Assembly: GCA_951406725.2 (NCBI GenBank)
Contig: OX597815.1
Span: forward strand, 130,076,001-130,140,000
Length of the DNA: 64,000 nt
Direction of reading: 5' to 3'
DNA from: Octopus vulgaris
Lineage: Eukaryota
The notes below the pieces were generated by a model. That model was not told where the DNA came from, ran no database searches, and saw only the letters and a list, made by a program, of their open reading frames with translations. The translations under genes and the position numbers were made by a program. Positions 1-14,179 of the stretch are shown piece after piece (the stretch's first letter is position 1; each line of letters begins with the position of its first letter).

Positions 1-810
1 ATGTGTAAACGTATTTAATCTCGATGGAAAGGGATTTCAGTGTAAAAGTTAACAAAGGCGCTTACTAAATATAAATAATCAGTCGGAGAATTGTAATTTC
101 AACTTTCGTTTGACATATAGCAAGTCTGGTTTCCACTGGATTAGGTATAAACACTATACAATTCTCTCATCGAGACAATGGTGTAGGCGTATTCGCAAAC
201 ATTGTAATAGACACGACATAATGATCAGACATATGTAAACTTGCTTAGTTTCATTATAAAAACACAAGAAAAAGACAATATTTAACATTATCAGAAATGA
301 TGAATCTCAAACAAAAGTTGAGATAGCAATTTCCTGATCATTGATTGTGTTAAGTTTCTTTAATTTGGCGCTGTAGATAGAAATTTTGTTCGCAGTTAAA
401 CAAATTATGTTAACCATACCGTTGTAACTTTGTCGAATATCTTTATTTTCATCCCCATCTCTAAAATAATGTGGATATGAACATTTGAATGTCAATTTTG
501 ACTTAGTAAGTTTCAAGATACTTACATTGGCTTCGCAATCGTGTAAATTCCGGTTCAGTCCCACTGAGAAGTACCTTTCGCAGATGTCTTCTACTATAAC
601 CTGAAGGTGATCAATGCTTTCCGAAAGAATTTGCTCGACAGAATCTGTACAGAAGCCCGTATTGTATGACTATGAGTATGTGTGTCCGGTTTATGTTTAT
701 CTCGCACCGCTTGACAATTAGTTTTGGCTTGTTTATGTCCTCGGAATTTAACAGTTCGGTCAAACAGACCGATAAAATAAGTACCAGACTTTAAGAAAAT
801 GTACTAAAGT

Positions 811-1057
811 TATTTTGTTGTGTCTGGGTAGAGTCATTCTGTTTTAGTGTCTTATTATTTAACATACTCACCGGTAAAGTTTCCACTCATTTACTTATTT
901 ATTTTCCCTAAAATTTTCGTTGCGTCTTGAAAAAGTTGCAAAATGCAACGAAAATTTTGGGAAAAATACATAATTAAATGAGTGGAAACTTTACCGGTGA
1001 GTGTGTTAAATAATAAGGCACTAAAAGAGAATGACTCTCTCCTGACGCAATAAAATA
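811..1057. repeat. ~120-bp-arm inverted repeat (Penelope-like pLTR foldback)
   Basis: 811-~928 is the reverse complement of ~940-1057 (e.g. actcaccggtaaagtttccactcattta / taaatgagtggaaactttaccggtgagt). The extension to ~1105 resembles the reverse complement of 30192-30240. Confidence 0.85.
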
Positions 1058-2349
1058 TGCTTCAATACACAAACTCACATAAAGAATCTTGCAAACCAAA
1101 TCCACAAACGTACTACAGTTAATTTGATTGACTAAATCTTCCAAAGCCATGCATCAGCATAGCTGCACTTCAATGACAGAAGCAAATAAAGAGAAAAAGA
1201 ATATATTTTCAAATCTATAAAAGCAAAGAATAAGCGGATTGTATTTAACTGAAGGTATTTTCTTCCCAATAAGAGACGTTTGGATTTGATGCATTTCAGA
1301 AAATAACCCACTTATAAATTGTTGTAATAATATAATAACAAGTAGTTCAATCATGTTTACTTACTAAGCAGAAAGCACATTTTTAGAATATCTTTTTATC
1401 AACTTATGAATTGGCAATTTTGCAGGTTCGTAACCAGTATGAGACAGCTGAAGCCTCTGCTTCGGTAGGAGCGTGTAATTCTAAATTTACGCCATTAAAA
1501 TCTTAAAATTTATCGGTTTCTCAATGATAAACTCCAGCATACAGGGGTTACATTCTTAGAACATTTTGGGGACCCAATAAATTTTAATTACGTTCTTCGA
1601 AAGCGTTGGAAGCTCAATATATTTCATGTTACCAGTGCGAAACTTTTCTACCAAGGCGGTTGATTCGGTTGCTAACTACTGACTATAGCTCCCCTTGCAT
1701 ACAAGTTGAGAAATACACAAGTCATTGAGTGATGAATTGAAATCTCAGCTTACACTAACTTACTTAGATTCGCCATACAATAAACGCATCAACTATAATT
1801 AATCCCACACAAAAATTCAGAGATTAAATTATACAGCAAACTGTTTGACTTCTTTACCACATCCTACTCCCTCGGTATTTACATGCTAAACCCGGTAGTT
1901 TACATACTAAAATCGTGCTTAAAGAGCATACGTAATCTTATATGTTAGCTGAAATTATGATCAGCGACTTTGATACTATGTGAATCAAATCATTCTCCTT
2001 TGTTTCCTATGCAGAATTTTCTTTTTCTTACGGTGTGAAACCAATATGCAAATGAATATGATGAATTTGAAATTAATATTCCATAACTATAGTTAGTTGA
2101 ACGTTGTTACTATAAGAGCCGAGTGTACAATTTGCTTTCTTTTGAACGTGTCTGCGCTCAAATACGTTGGTGTCTAATCTAATAGCTGAATTTTGTATGG
2201 GATAAATTATAGATGGTGTGTTTGCTAAATGGCGGCATAAATAACATAACGTAAGATGATATTCCAATCCTTCATTCAATAACTAATGCGTTTTCCAAAC
2301 CAGATTCAGCTTGTCCATCTGTCTGTCTGTTTTTTTCTCCTCATGTAAA

Positions 2350-3011
2350 TGACTTTTAATCTTGAGGAAGAGATGGAAAGTACTAAATCTGGCGAATAGG
2401 GGGCGTGCGCAGAAGTGATACCATGGTGTCTTTGGCGAGAAGCTCGAGCAAGGAGAGTTCGGTGTCAAGGTGCATTGTCGTCGTGAACAATGCAATTCTT
2501 CTCACTCCACAGACTCGGTCACTTTAGTCAAATGTCCTCCCTCAAACGCTTCAAAACTTCGCTGTAGAACTCTCGATTGATGGTCTGGCCTTGCGGGGAC
2601 GGACTCTCGATGCACAATACCACATTTCCGGGTGTGATGCTCTTGGCAGGTCTTCGAGATCGTTCACCGTCTTCTAGGGACGTTCTTCCGCTTTTAAAGC
2701 GCCCCGGCCACTCGGAAAATTGCGTGCACCACATTGCTTCATCACCGTAAGCTTGCTGAAGTATACTCAATGTTTCTTAAGTATATCGCAAAATTTCACA
2801 TTGGCTCTTTGTTCCTGTCCATGTCAAAATCGCAAACCACAGCGTACACAATGATCACAAAAGCACGAATTTCACAACTTGCAAAGTAAACACAACAATG
2901 TCACTCGGCACGTGAAGGTCACTGCTAGATCTCACTGCGCACGCAACCGTCAGCTGCCATATGTTGGCGCGCTACAGAACTAGTCTGGGAAAGTTTTGCT
3001 AACACCTCGTA
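2350..3011 (-). mobile_element. Decayed, internally deleted mariner transposon
   Basis: Minus-strand translation gives AYGDEAM...EWPGRFKSGRTSLEDGERS (HTH region), GQTINREFYSEVLKRLREDI, HDDNAP and PYSPDL. Terminus tacgaggtg at 3011. Confidence 0.8.
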
Positions 3012-4845
3012 GGCGCAGGCATGACTATGTAGTTGAGAAGCTCGCTTTGCTACCACGTGATTTCAGGTTCAGTCCCGTCGCGCGGCACATGTGTGTGTGT
3101 GTGTTTGTTCAGCACCATCGCTTGATAATCGGGCTGTTCCTGTAAAGTAGCGGTCCAGCCTATGAAAATAAAAGAATAATTACCAGAGTTAAAAAATAAA
3201 TCATGGGATTGATTTGTTCAACAAAACACTTTAAGGAAGTCCAGTGACTGACACAAGTAAACGATAAAATATTGAAACTACTTAACATCAAAACGAAAGA
3301 TCTCGGAATACTTTTTAGTAGAGTTCATATTTATTAATTTTTATAAAAGAGAAAATAATACCGTAACGAAGTAAAACACCTAGAGAATTGACAGTCACGT
3401 ACATTGTACTAGAATGGTCGGTTCAGTTGTGTATGGATGCTTCTATATTGTAAAAATGTTGGTCTTCTCTAAACCATGTGTAATTCATATTTCATGACTA
3501 TGCATGATTTCATATCTAAGTTGACATTATTTTATGTTTAGTACACGGTTGTAATAAATTTGTTGTATTTTACTGTATTGTAAGAGGAAAATTATATGAA
3601 TGAATAAAAACAGGCAAACAAGATAACAAGATGGCTTCCTTTATGTTTTACTAATAAAATACTGTTTTTTATTATCACATCTTAACCAGATAGTTATGGT
3701 TTGTATTTTCATTTCCCTTCCTTTTCTCTCTCTTTTGAATCAGTTCTATTCAATTCGCTTTTATCATTTCTCATGAGATTCTATTGATGTATTTTTGAAA
3801 ACAAAGTTTGACAAAGCAATGCTCATTTAATCTGTACATCGGACGAAGGACAGTCTGCTACTAAACGGTTGTCAATATATTTGTCTTTTTCGTGGGACAT
3901 TTTAATTTTATGAATTACATTAGATGGACAAAGAAACGTATTGATTAAGATGTTACGTTTAAGATTCAGCAAGTGATAAATGGGCAAATAAACAAGCATT
4001 GTTGTCTGTCACACGAAAATCAAAATGATTCAGTGAATTCAAAATCTTTAGTTTGTTTTCTTATAAATATGTTTGTGTACAATATCACCATGATGTCCTA
4101 TGTCAAGGCACCGTTACATTGCATTGTAAATGGATTCCGCAAATACAATTTGTTGACATGAAGATACCATAAAGAAGAAATACAGAAAAAGAGATAGATA
4201 GATATATAGATAGAGAGAGAGGAAGGGAGGGAGGAATGGAGAGAGAGACGCGGGAGAGAGAGAGAGAGTGAGGGAGAGGGAGGGATGTGGCTGAGGGAAC
4301 CACAGCTGTTTTAGTCAAGAAATTGCTGAATTGTTAAAGAGAATGTTTGTAGTTCATACCCTGCCTTTGGTACTGTGCTGTCACTGTTTCAACAATACTT
4401 AATCTCATGTAACCCAATGCCCTTGGCTGTCAACAGATACCATAGGTGGTATCTATTACTCTAACAAAGTGTTTGCAACGAAACACTGCTGTATTAAGCC
4501 ATACACATGCTATCAGGGACTATACACAACTCTTTGAATGTTTAGACATGTGGACTAATGTATGTATGTATGTATGTATGTATGTATGTATGTATGTATG
4601 TATGTATGTATGTATGTATGTATGTATGTATGTATGTATCAATTAATGTACACTGTATTAAAATAAGACCTAATCATAGATTCTTGTCATTAAGACACGT
4701 GGTTAGGCAGATATTTATAATGCCGTCTTCAGGCTATAATTATATATACAGGCACAGGTATAGATGTGTTCTAAGAACTTTGCTTTCAAATCATATGGTG
4801 ACGGGTTTAGTTCCACTGCATGTGACCTTGGACAATTGTTTTCTA

Positions 4846-5753
4846 TTGGGTTGAGGAATGATTCATGAACGCTTTTTACAAATTTGAACATGGATGCAGA
4901 AATAAAACACATTGGCAAAATGTTTCATGTTATTTGAAAGGGAATCTTTTACTCTAGAAGATAGTGTGTGTTGACTTTTCAATTTTATTGATTTTTGTGT
5001 ATTTTCAGATCATTAAAATGGAATGTCAAGTGGGCAAAACTGAGCATTTTCAACACAATTTATTTGCATTTTGCATTTAATCGAGGTATTAAACCTGCCA
5101 AAGCTATTCGTGAGATTTGCGCTGAGTATGGAGAAGGAGCAATGCCTCAAAGTACCGCCCGCCATTGGTTTTCACGCTTCAAAAAATTGGAATTTTGACT
5201 TCAAGGACAGATCACACATTGGTCAACCAATTGAGTTCGATGAAGAGCGATTGAATCAACTTCTTCACGAAAATCCACGTCAACCGACCAGAAAATTGGT
5301 GAAGTAGATAGATTGTGATAAAAAAACAGCTATGAACCTTGCCCATTGAGTGAAGGTGGTCCACCAAATTCAATTGGTCGATCGATGTGAGATCCCTCCT
5401 TGAGGTCAAAATTCCCATTTTTGAAGCGTGAAAACCAATGGTGGGCGGTACTTCGAGGCCTTGCTCCTTCTCGATACACGGAACAAATCTCACGAACAGC
5501 TTCGGCGGACTTAACACCTCGATTAAATGCAAAAAGCAAATGATGTTGAAAATGCTCAGTTTTGTCCACTTGACATTCCATTTTAATGATCTGAAAATGC
5601 ACAAAAGTCAATAAAATTGAAAAGTCAAAACACACTATCTTGTAAAGCAAAAACTCCTCTTTCAAATAACTCAAAACATTTTACCAATGCATATTATTTC
5701 TGCGTGCATTTTTAAATTTGAAAAAAATTCTCATGAATTATCCCTCAACTCAA
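4846..5753. mobile_element. Foldback mariner derivative (two inverted 5' halves), TA TSD, nested in SINE-A
   Basis: TA at 4844-4845 and 5754-5755; arms of ~390 bp are reverse complements. Both encode MECQV.KTEHFQH.LLFAFNRG.K.A.A.REIC..YGEGA...STA.HWFSRFK (mariner HTH). The flanks rejoin as the SINE sequence ttcTActatag. Confidence 0.9.
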
Positions 5754-6072
5754 TACTATAGTTTAGGGCAGATCGAAGCCTTGTGAGTGGATTTTGTGGA
5801 CGGAGTCCGGAAGAAGCCAGTCGTATAAAAATACATATCTATGTGTGTATGTCTTTATGTCTGTGTTTGGCCCCTACCCTCTTGACAACCGGTGTTGGTG
5901 CGTTTACAACCCCACTAAGCATTAGCGGTTCGGTAAAAGAAAGCCAACAAAATAAGTGCGAAGCTTAAGAAAATAAGCACCGAGGTCTATTCGTTCGACT
6001 AAAAATTCCTCAAGGTGGTGCTCCAGTATGGCCTCAGTGTAATGACTGAAATAAGGAAAAGATAAATGTATG

Positions 6073-6116
<44 letters not shown>

Positions 6117-9100
6117 TATACACACACACACACACACGCACACACACACACAGAGTAGGACGTTCATTCTATTTTATTGACACTCGAAAGAATGAAAGGC
6201 GTATTTGATTAGTTCATCCCAGCGGGATTTGAACTCAGTAAAGCACCCGATGAAATACTGTAAAGTCGATAAAATAAATACCAGTTGAGTACTGGTGTCG
6301 AGATAATCGACTTATACATACAATCTCCTGAAATTGCAGGCCTTGTGCCAAAATTTGAGATTAATTATTTTCCTTTCTTAAGATGAAATTTCGATCATAA
6401 AATTTTGACTGATTACATTGTATACGTTATCCCCAGCATTCTTTTTAGATATTTTTCTCGACTCCAAGTTCTTAGAGTCGGTCACGATGTTTCCATGACG
6501 TACAAATGACCGAGATCACAACAATTCACCTGAACGACACACTGGTCCATTGCAGGTTTCAATGCGAGCAATTTTGAGGGAAGGGGCAAAGCCGATTATT
6601 TTGACCCTTCACTGGTAATTTATTTCATCTTATCGATCCCCGGAAGCGGGATGGGTAAAGGGAAAAGATGACCTCGACAGGATTTGAAATCAGGATGTAA
6701 AGATTTGCAAGAAATGCTGTTAAGCTTTTTGTCTAACATGCTAATGATTCTGCTAGCTCGCCGCCGAAAACACATTTCACTTATTTTAATGTCTATTTAA
6801 TTCTCCACATTAAGTGACTAAGAGATTGTTTTCCTAATAACGGGAAATGAGGTTAGTGTTAGATTCGAACTGAGGATTGCAAACAGACGAAACGTTAATT
6901 AATTGTCTACTCTACTGTTTCTACTGATTGCTCATTACAGAAGAAAACTGGCTTTCCTCATGATACTTGTGTGCAGCTAAATGGACTGGGTGTTTTAGCA
7001 TTAAGTGTGTTTGTAAAAAGAGAGATAAAAAGCGCCATACAACTGATGGCAGAGGTAGATGTAACCTGACTATCTGTAACGATTCATTTCCTGTTTAAGA
7101 TCTGTCCTTGCAGAACAGTGCTTAGAAGAAGAAGATGGATAGCATTTAGTTGATACAGTGATCAGCTTTTTAAATGATATCGTTCAAGTAAACAGACCTG
7201 AGCTTTCAGATGTAATCTTTTCATTTACACAGTCGCAATAAACTAGCAGCAGCAACTATGATACCAGTGAATTAAATATAGTGAAACTCTATGAAATCAT
7301 AGAGCATTAAATCGATTTCTTTGCTTGATCATACGAGGGATGGACTTGTAAATAGATATCAGCCATGCTGTTCTTAGGTGTCAAGCAAACATTTTATCTA
7401 TAATCAGCAACAGCTTGAAGAGTCTTAAAGGGAAGCTATCTTAAATGTATATAAATTCTATATTACAGAAAGCGTATTTCTCTCATGTGCATGCTTTAAG
7501 TTAAAGAACATCTGCTTTTGTCGAAGATTGCATATGTGAAAACTGATAGATACTAGTTACTTAAACTTTACAGAGTCGATAGCAAAGAATAAATAGATGC
7601 TCAATTAATTTAAAAGCTACTCCATCTATAGGTACAAAATATTAGCATATAAGATGCGGAATAATTTTGGTTATGGTGTACGAGAGTCATTGAAAGGATT
7701 TAAATCAAATACGGTATGATGAAATATGTTGTTCAACGATTACATGTAAAGTTTATCATAACGAATAAATACTTTCAAAAATATACTGCTAAAGCCCAAA
7801 TGAAAGGAAATCTCTCGAAAGAGACTTAATAAACAAGTGGCATAATATTTTGACATTTTATAGAAATCAATTTTGCATTATTTTAAAACGTATGAAAAGA
7901 AATGTCAAACTTATGAGACTTGTTCTAGCGAAAACAGAACATAACCGTTAATTATATATTGCACTTCACAGTATACTAGAGACCAATTGCATACCTTAAT
8001 GTCATGTATAAATTATACATTAGCTCAAGTTTATCAGGTAGCTTGTTCAATGATTATTGCCTGTTTTACAGAATAATTAGTGACGAAAAAGCAGTGGTAG
8101 AAAACGGTTTGAGGTTGTGTGGAATAATTGCTGATAAAGAAAGAAAGATCCTCCGAGAGCATTGAAGTTTATACCTGACTGCATCTTAGAAATGTTCCTG
8201 AAGCAATTATTAATGCAGTCCAAAGATTGACAATTTCCTTTTCAACTGAACATGCGATTCAGCAAAATCTTTAATAATGGAAAATTTGTTCTGGTTTCTA
8301 AACACTCAGTTAACTTTATTCTAGTATGTTTAATGTGTGAGTAGTTGCGCTCCATTCTATGTTTAATATGTGAATAGTTGCGTTTTCAATTACAAAGTCA
8401 ATCGATGACATCCACTCTTTGTTAATAACATAAACAGTTATGCCAGTCGAAAGTTTACAACTTTTACATAAATTATATATCTTCATAAGATTTATTTCCA
8501 TCTGGTTAAGACAAATACAGCTATCCTATTAATAAATAAAGGATGACTACTAATCAGCGTGGCCTAGTTGCTTAGAGTACTACACTCACGATCGTAAGAT
8601 CGCAGTTTCGATTCCCAGACCCAGTTGGCTGTAGATGTATTCCAGCAATAACTGGAAAGTTAACCTCACGATCGGCAGCCATTTTAATTTTGTTCAGAGG
8701 GGTAGTTTGTGATCTCTGTTACTTATTATATTCCATGGTAACCGGATTCTTCGGCCTTGGGAATCTAAGGGTTCACAACGGATCTAAGTGTAACTAAGTA
8801 AGACCACTAAATTAGCAATGAATAGATTTTAAGGAAAACTGACGTAAATTACCAACTGGTTTTCATTTTCTGCCATAGCATCTTATTTAAACGCTTTCAG
8901 TATAGCAAACATGAAGTAATATTTCACCTACACAACTATTCTTTTTTTTCAGTCATTTGACTACGGCCATGCTGGAGCATCACCTTTAGTCGAACAAATC
9001 GACCACAGGACTTATTCTTTGAAAGCCTAGTACTTATTCTATTGGTCTCTTTTGTCGAACAGCGAAGTTACGGGGACGTAAACACACCAACATCGATGGT

Positions 9101-9311
9101 CGAGCTATGGTGGTGGTGGGGACAAACACATACACATAAATACTCTCTCACACACACATACACACATATACAACTGGCTTCTTTCAGTTTCTGTCTACCA
9201 AATTCACTTACAAGGCTTTGGTCTGCCAGAGGCTATAGTAGAAGACATTTGCCCAAGGTGCCACGCAGTGGGACTGAAGCTGGAACCATGTGGTTGGTAA
9301 GCAAGCTACTT

Positions 9312-11251
9312 TTATTCATTTCATTTGCCATAAAGGCAGTACAGAGATGGGTAGCTTTGTGGGCTGGACAAGACATTGCTGAGGCGAATGATAATAATAC
9401 AAGATGATAAGGATAGGAGAAAACAAAAAGCGCCCGCCGACCCTCTGCGTCTCTAAAACCTTGTTCTTTAAAAACACATATACAGAGGTATTGACCCTCT
9501 TACAATTTAAAATACAATATATTTGGACTCAAAAGTCCACACAAATACAAAACATAATTTATACACAAATTGGAGGCGATACACCTCTACAATCCCTCCC
9601 CAAGCAATTCTCTTGCGACTTGCAGGCATTCCTGCAACCGCAATCCGGGGCTCCAAAAAAAAATTCTATAATTCTTGTTTTCACACGAGTCAATTATAAG
9701 ATCACAGTACTTTCTTTCCAGCACCAGAGCAGCCACCTGTGAAGGCTACTCTGAGCTGTCAATACAAGTCGGGTCCCTCAGGATCCGACTATCCATATCA
9801 TTTTCCACAAAACTGTTAATAGCCACTCCTCTGAGATAGAAGAACATATATGCCCCGGTTTTCTTTTTTCTCTTCTTTTTTTTCCTTCTACGTAGTGAAG
9901 GTGGAGTTCCTCCGACATCTCCGGAGGACCCTCCCCCCGCTGACTCAGGATCCATCGGTGGCCAACCATTGTTGTCCACCTTCTTTCTTTTCTTCCCCTT
10001 TGTTTTCGAGGAGGTTACTTCCTCCTCGACTTTTTCCTCGACTGGGGGGGCAGGGGAAACCTTTTCAATTAACTGTTCCAGGACCCTTGCCTGGTCCCGG
10101 CGACAGTTCTTCTTTATATGGCCCGATTCCAGGCACAGGTGACACTTGGGGTGACATCCCTCAACCATCACTGGGTACCTGGAACCGGCCATTGTTAAAA
10201 AATCTGGTATAACCAGATCAACGGCTGATTGGGTCCATAGGGTCAAAATTGCTTTTGACCCGACCCAATCAACCGCAGGCAACATTTTTTACATTTAAGA
10301 GCCTGGCAGGGCCGCCACCCAGGCCCCGACGGATAGTGTCGTCTATCCACTCGACTTCTATACCGAGTGGCAGCCCACACACCCAAGCTCTTGTCAACTT
10401 TCTACCGCCATAAGTAGGGAGAAACAAAATTTTCTCCCTCTCGAAAGGCACGCTCGCAAAATCACGAGTTTCCGCAGGGGTGTCAAAAAGTACACACACA
10501 GTTCCATACTTCGCACCACTGCGGATAAACCTAACAGTTGGCAGATAGTCTGCCAACTCCTCCTCAATTACTTCTTCAGAGAAGACCTTGATGGTGTCAA
10601 GGACCCTGGAATAGTTCCTTAACACCACCGTTCTCTCCGTACAATTTTTCAACCATTCTTTGGGGGCCACAATTTGCCACTCCAAAGCGGGTTTCACAGT
10701 TGCCATGTTGATAGCCATAACAAAAATAAAAATCCACAAGCAAAAATCAGAATGTTCAAATGAAAGTCTATAAAGAAACTCAAAAAGATCAGAAAGACAG
10801 ACAGGAGAAGGAAGAGTAAAGGAAGATAATCCAAAATGGCAACACAACACAACACAATTCTGCTACTCTGGTAATCCAAACTGGTAGTCCTTCGCAGCTC
10901 AAATAGTATTCTGACCAACTCTGGCTGTACTCCTATCCTTTATAGTAAAAATCCACTTGAAAGGGCACAAGCACAGCCATAGAAAATTCAAAAAAATTTT
11001 CGGACGGACACGCCTCCCAAAATAAACATAATTCTCAATACGCTATGAGTTTTCTTACACGACCACAGGCAAACAAATGCCTGGAACCCAGTGGAGACCC
11101 CTGTTCAAAAAAATACTTAAATACAAACAGCAGACCCCACTAAGCTCCCCAAAACCAAATGCTTTACCTGTGGTCGTGCTTCAAATGTTCAATTTTTCAC
11201 GTACGACGTGACTTCTACCGCGATGAAACACAACGCGACAACTTGGTAGCA
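9312..11251 (-). mobile_element. ORF1-only (RT-less) non-LTR retroelement, Tx1/L1-like, copy 1, inserted in the head of SINE family A
   Basis: Flanked by an imperfect 15-bp TSD, gtaagcaagctactt (9297-9311) and gtaagcgagcaactt (11252-11266). Removing the element rejoins a SINE-A copy. Contains one gag/ORF1-like frame and no RT. Homologous along its length to 51296-53396. Confidence 0.85.
9746..10706 (-). pseudogene. ORF1/gag-like protein (RRM-like region, CCHC zinc knuckle, basic tail), frameshifted
   Basis: MATVKPALEWQIVAPKEW...ERTVVLRNY...LFDTPAE...LFLPTYGGRKLTRAWVCGLP joins, via a frameshift in the T7 run near 10285, to LPAVDWVGSKAILTLWTQSA...CHLCLESGHIKKNC (C-x2-C-x4-H-x4-C). Confidence 0.8.
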
Positions 11252-11439
11252 GTAAGCGAGCAACTTATCACACAGCCACTCCTGCGCCTAATTACAAAAG
11301 ACAACAATGTGTTTCGAAATCTCAGTTGCATAAGATTTTTTTTACCAATTCTTACCGTCTTTAATCTGTTAAATTCAAATCTGAAAACGGTTATGGTCTA
11401 CATGCTTTAGTTTCCAAGCAAATTTAAGTTTTGTGTTCT

Positions 11440-12370
11440 AGACATTTACGGTCAAATTAAATAATTACCTCCGCTCCACACCAAGCTGGGCTTGATGAAA
11501 CGGTTTGTCAAGACATTGAATATTGATGGTGAATGCTTCCAACACACAGTCTCTGCTCTCTCTGCTTTGTCGTTCGAGAAGATCAAGGCAAGTGTGTTTG
11601 ATGGGCCGCAGATTTGTACACTTGTATGTGTCCAAGAATTTACCAGAAAGATGAATGACAAGAAGAGGACAGCATGGTTTTCATTTGTGGCGGTTATAGA
11701 AAACTCGGTAATAAAAAAGCTGACAGCTATGAAACTCTCGCAGCTAATATGTTGCCAGCTTTACGTAATCTTGGATGTAACATGGGTGTCAAACTCTATT
11801 TCATGTCCAGTCACCTTGATAGATTCCCTGAGAACCTAGGAGTAGTAAATGACGAACCATCAGGACCTCAAGACCATGAAAGAACGTTACTAAGGAAAAT
11901 GGGTCAAACATATGACGGCAGGCTATTGCTGTAGCATTAAGCGAAATTACCCTGAGAGAATCCACAAACGCAAGAGCTTCAAGCCCAAATACTTGCATGA
12001 ATAGACTGCAATTGAGCATTGCCTCCTCATTTTAACTAATGTCATATTTATAAATTAGGTTTATATAAACTATAACCTTTGCTTATTAGGGAAAGTGTTT
12101 CAAATTGTTATCTTGAGTAAATGTATACTTACTTGCCTTTTCTTTTTTATTATCCAGCTAATTTATAGAAAGTTTACTTACGTATTTCTCCCGATAGACT
12201 ATGACGTCAATGTGATGAGGACGAAATTTTGATATTTTGAAATACCTTGACTGCAAAAAAAAAAAAAAGAAAAGAGAAAAAAAAATTAGAACATTTAAGA
12301 AATAACCAAATTGAGATCTGAGTTAATGCCGAGTGTTGATATGAATGCAACAAAAATTTGTTGACCAGTG
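11440..12370 (+). mobile_element. Chapaev3-like (CMC) DNA transposon, 3' part, decayed
   Basis: LPPLHTKLGLMKRFVKTL...KIKASVFDGPQI...NMGVKLYFMSSHLDRFPENLGVVNDE; 3' terminus aaaatttgttgaccagtg (CACTG-type TIR). Superfamily assigned from memory of these motifs. Confidence 0.7.
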
Positions 12371-12390
12371 TTATCTGTTAATCAATATAC

Positions 12391-12439
<49 letters not shown>

Positions 12440-12694
12440 ATCGCACACCTTGTTCGATCACACAGATGATTTGTTTATAGTGATCAAATGCTTATGTTCG
12501 CGTAAGCTCACTCCCTCCATCAAATCGACAATACCTGTACAGGTGCACCATGTACCAGGGGTCGAAACGATCATAGAGCAACGTGAAATGAAGTGCTTTG
12601 CTCAGGAACACGACGCCCGGTATGGGAATCAAAACTTCAATCTCGCAATCTTGAGTGCAACACCCTAACCGCTAAGCCATGCGCCTTCATATAT

Positions 12695-12874
12695 AAAGTT
12701 AATCCAAACAAGAAAGCACAAAAAAAACACAACAACGCGAGGACGTGGAACAAATATAGTATTATTGGACGCTCAGGAAAGAAGGAGGGTTTAACGTTTC
12801 GAGCGGAGCTCTTCGTCGGAAACATAGGAGAAGGAAAGATCCAGAGAAGGGAAGACAGAAGGAAAAAATCGCCA
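12695..12874 (-). mobile_element. Penelope-like pLTR fragment with a minimal hammerhead motif
   Basis: Closely similar to 44765-44960 (+). Contains gttt-CCGACGA-a-gagc-tcc-gctc-GAAA-cgtt-aaac on the minus strand at 12789-12823. Confidence 0.7.
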
Positions 12875-13770
12875 ATATATATATATTATGGAGATGTACT
12901 TGCATAGCAAGTGACCTCATCTGAGATCGTATGGTGGAACGAAAACAATTACAGCGTGGAAGGTGTTTATAAGCCATTTAAAAACACACAAAAACCGTTA
13001 GATTATCAGTCACAGTTTAATATGATTTTCCTTTTGCCGCGTATTTGATCCTACTGTTAACCTTTTTAATAGTACAAGCGTTAAATATGAATTCATTCAC
13101 TTTAATCCTGTTAATACCTCAGAATATATTGAGTGTAAAATTAACAAATCCAAAGAAGCACTATACATTATTTCATATCTTTACTCAACTACAAATCGAT
13201 AACCGCCAATCCATACCACTATCTATACCAACAGATATCATGATTGATGATCTGCGTAATGGAATTCATTCTATCAATAGTCTTAACAGGGAAACACAGA
13301 AAACTACTTGTAATCAACAGCGTCGAGGTCAGACATTATATAAAATAGAGGTGGCGAAGATCAGAAACAGTTGAAATAGCTTTTAAGTATCACTTAATGT
13401 CATTCTGATAACGGTTGATAAAAATCAGACATGAATAGATGAAGCAGTTGAACGTGTAATACAAGTGGCTATTGTTGTTTCGATAACAAAATAACAAATT
13501 ATCAACTAATACTATGTTGCGATTAAAAATAACGATTTATCACAAGGAATCTGATTGTTGCAGTATCTCTCTGTTATTTATTGGTTAATATTGACTCATC
13601 CCATAAATAAAGCATTTCTTTCAGTTGCATGAATTAAAAGTAGGAGGGGGACGGGATAAACTACCTGCATCAACTTGCTATACAAGCAGGTAGTAATTTT
13701 ACCTTGTACTTATTCTTAGTGCAAGTTTTGAAGAGTGCAGTTCGATCTTAACAGTTATTTCTTCAAAGCT

Positions 13771-14069
13771 ATGATGGAAGTGGAAAAGGAGTATATTCGG
13801 CATATTTTGCTGTATGAACTCAATAAAGACAACAACGCAGCGGAAAGCGCGAGGAATATTAATGCAGTACATGGGGATTGGTCAATAAGCGTAACCCAGT
13901 GTCAATAGTGGTTCCAGAATTTCCAAGCAGGAAACTACAGCCAAGAAGATGAGCCTCGTCGTGGAAAATCTGTTGAGCTCGACGAGGATGTCCCGCAAAA
14001 CCTGGTGGAATAAAATCCTATCGTAACTACTAAGGAACAAGCAGAGAAGCTTGGATTTGGTCATTCAAC
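13771..14069 (+). mobile_element. Mariner transposase N-terminal fragment
   Basis: MEVEKEYIRHILLYELNKDNNAAESARNINAVHG...CQ*WFQNFQAGNYSQEDEPRRG...NPIVTTKEQAEKLGFGHST, a SETMAR/Mos1-type HTH with in-frame stops. Confidence 0.8.
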
Positions 14070-14133
14070 CCGCGATCCCTCGACCGCGAGTTCGCTGTTC
14101 TAACCACTAAGCCATGTGCCTCCACACACACAC

Positions 14134-14179
<46 letters not shown>

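Noticed and set aside
4180-4560. GA-rich tract followed by unique sequence ending at GTATGT, a possible promoter/5' exon
   Set aside because: No coding similarity, and the apparent donor is simply the start of a (TATG)n repeat; unsupported without transcript data.
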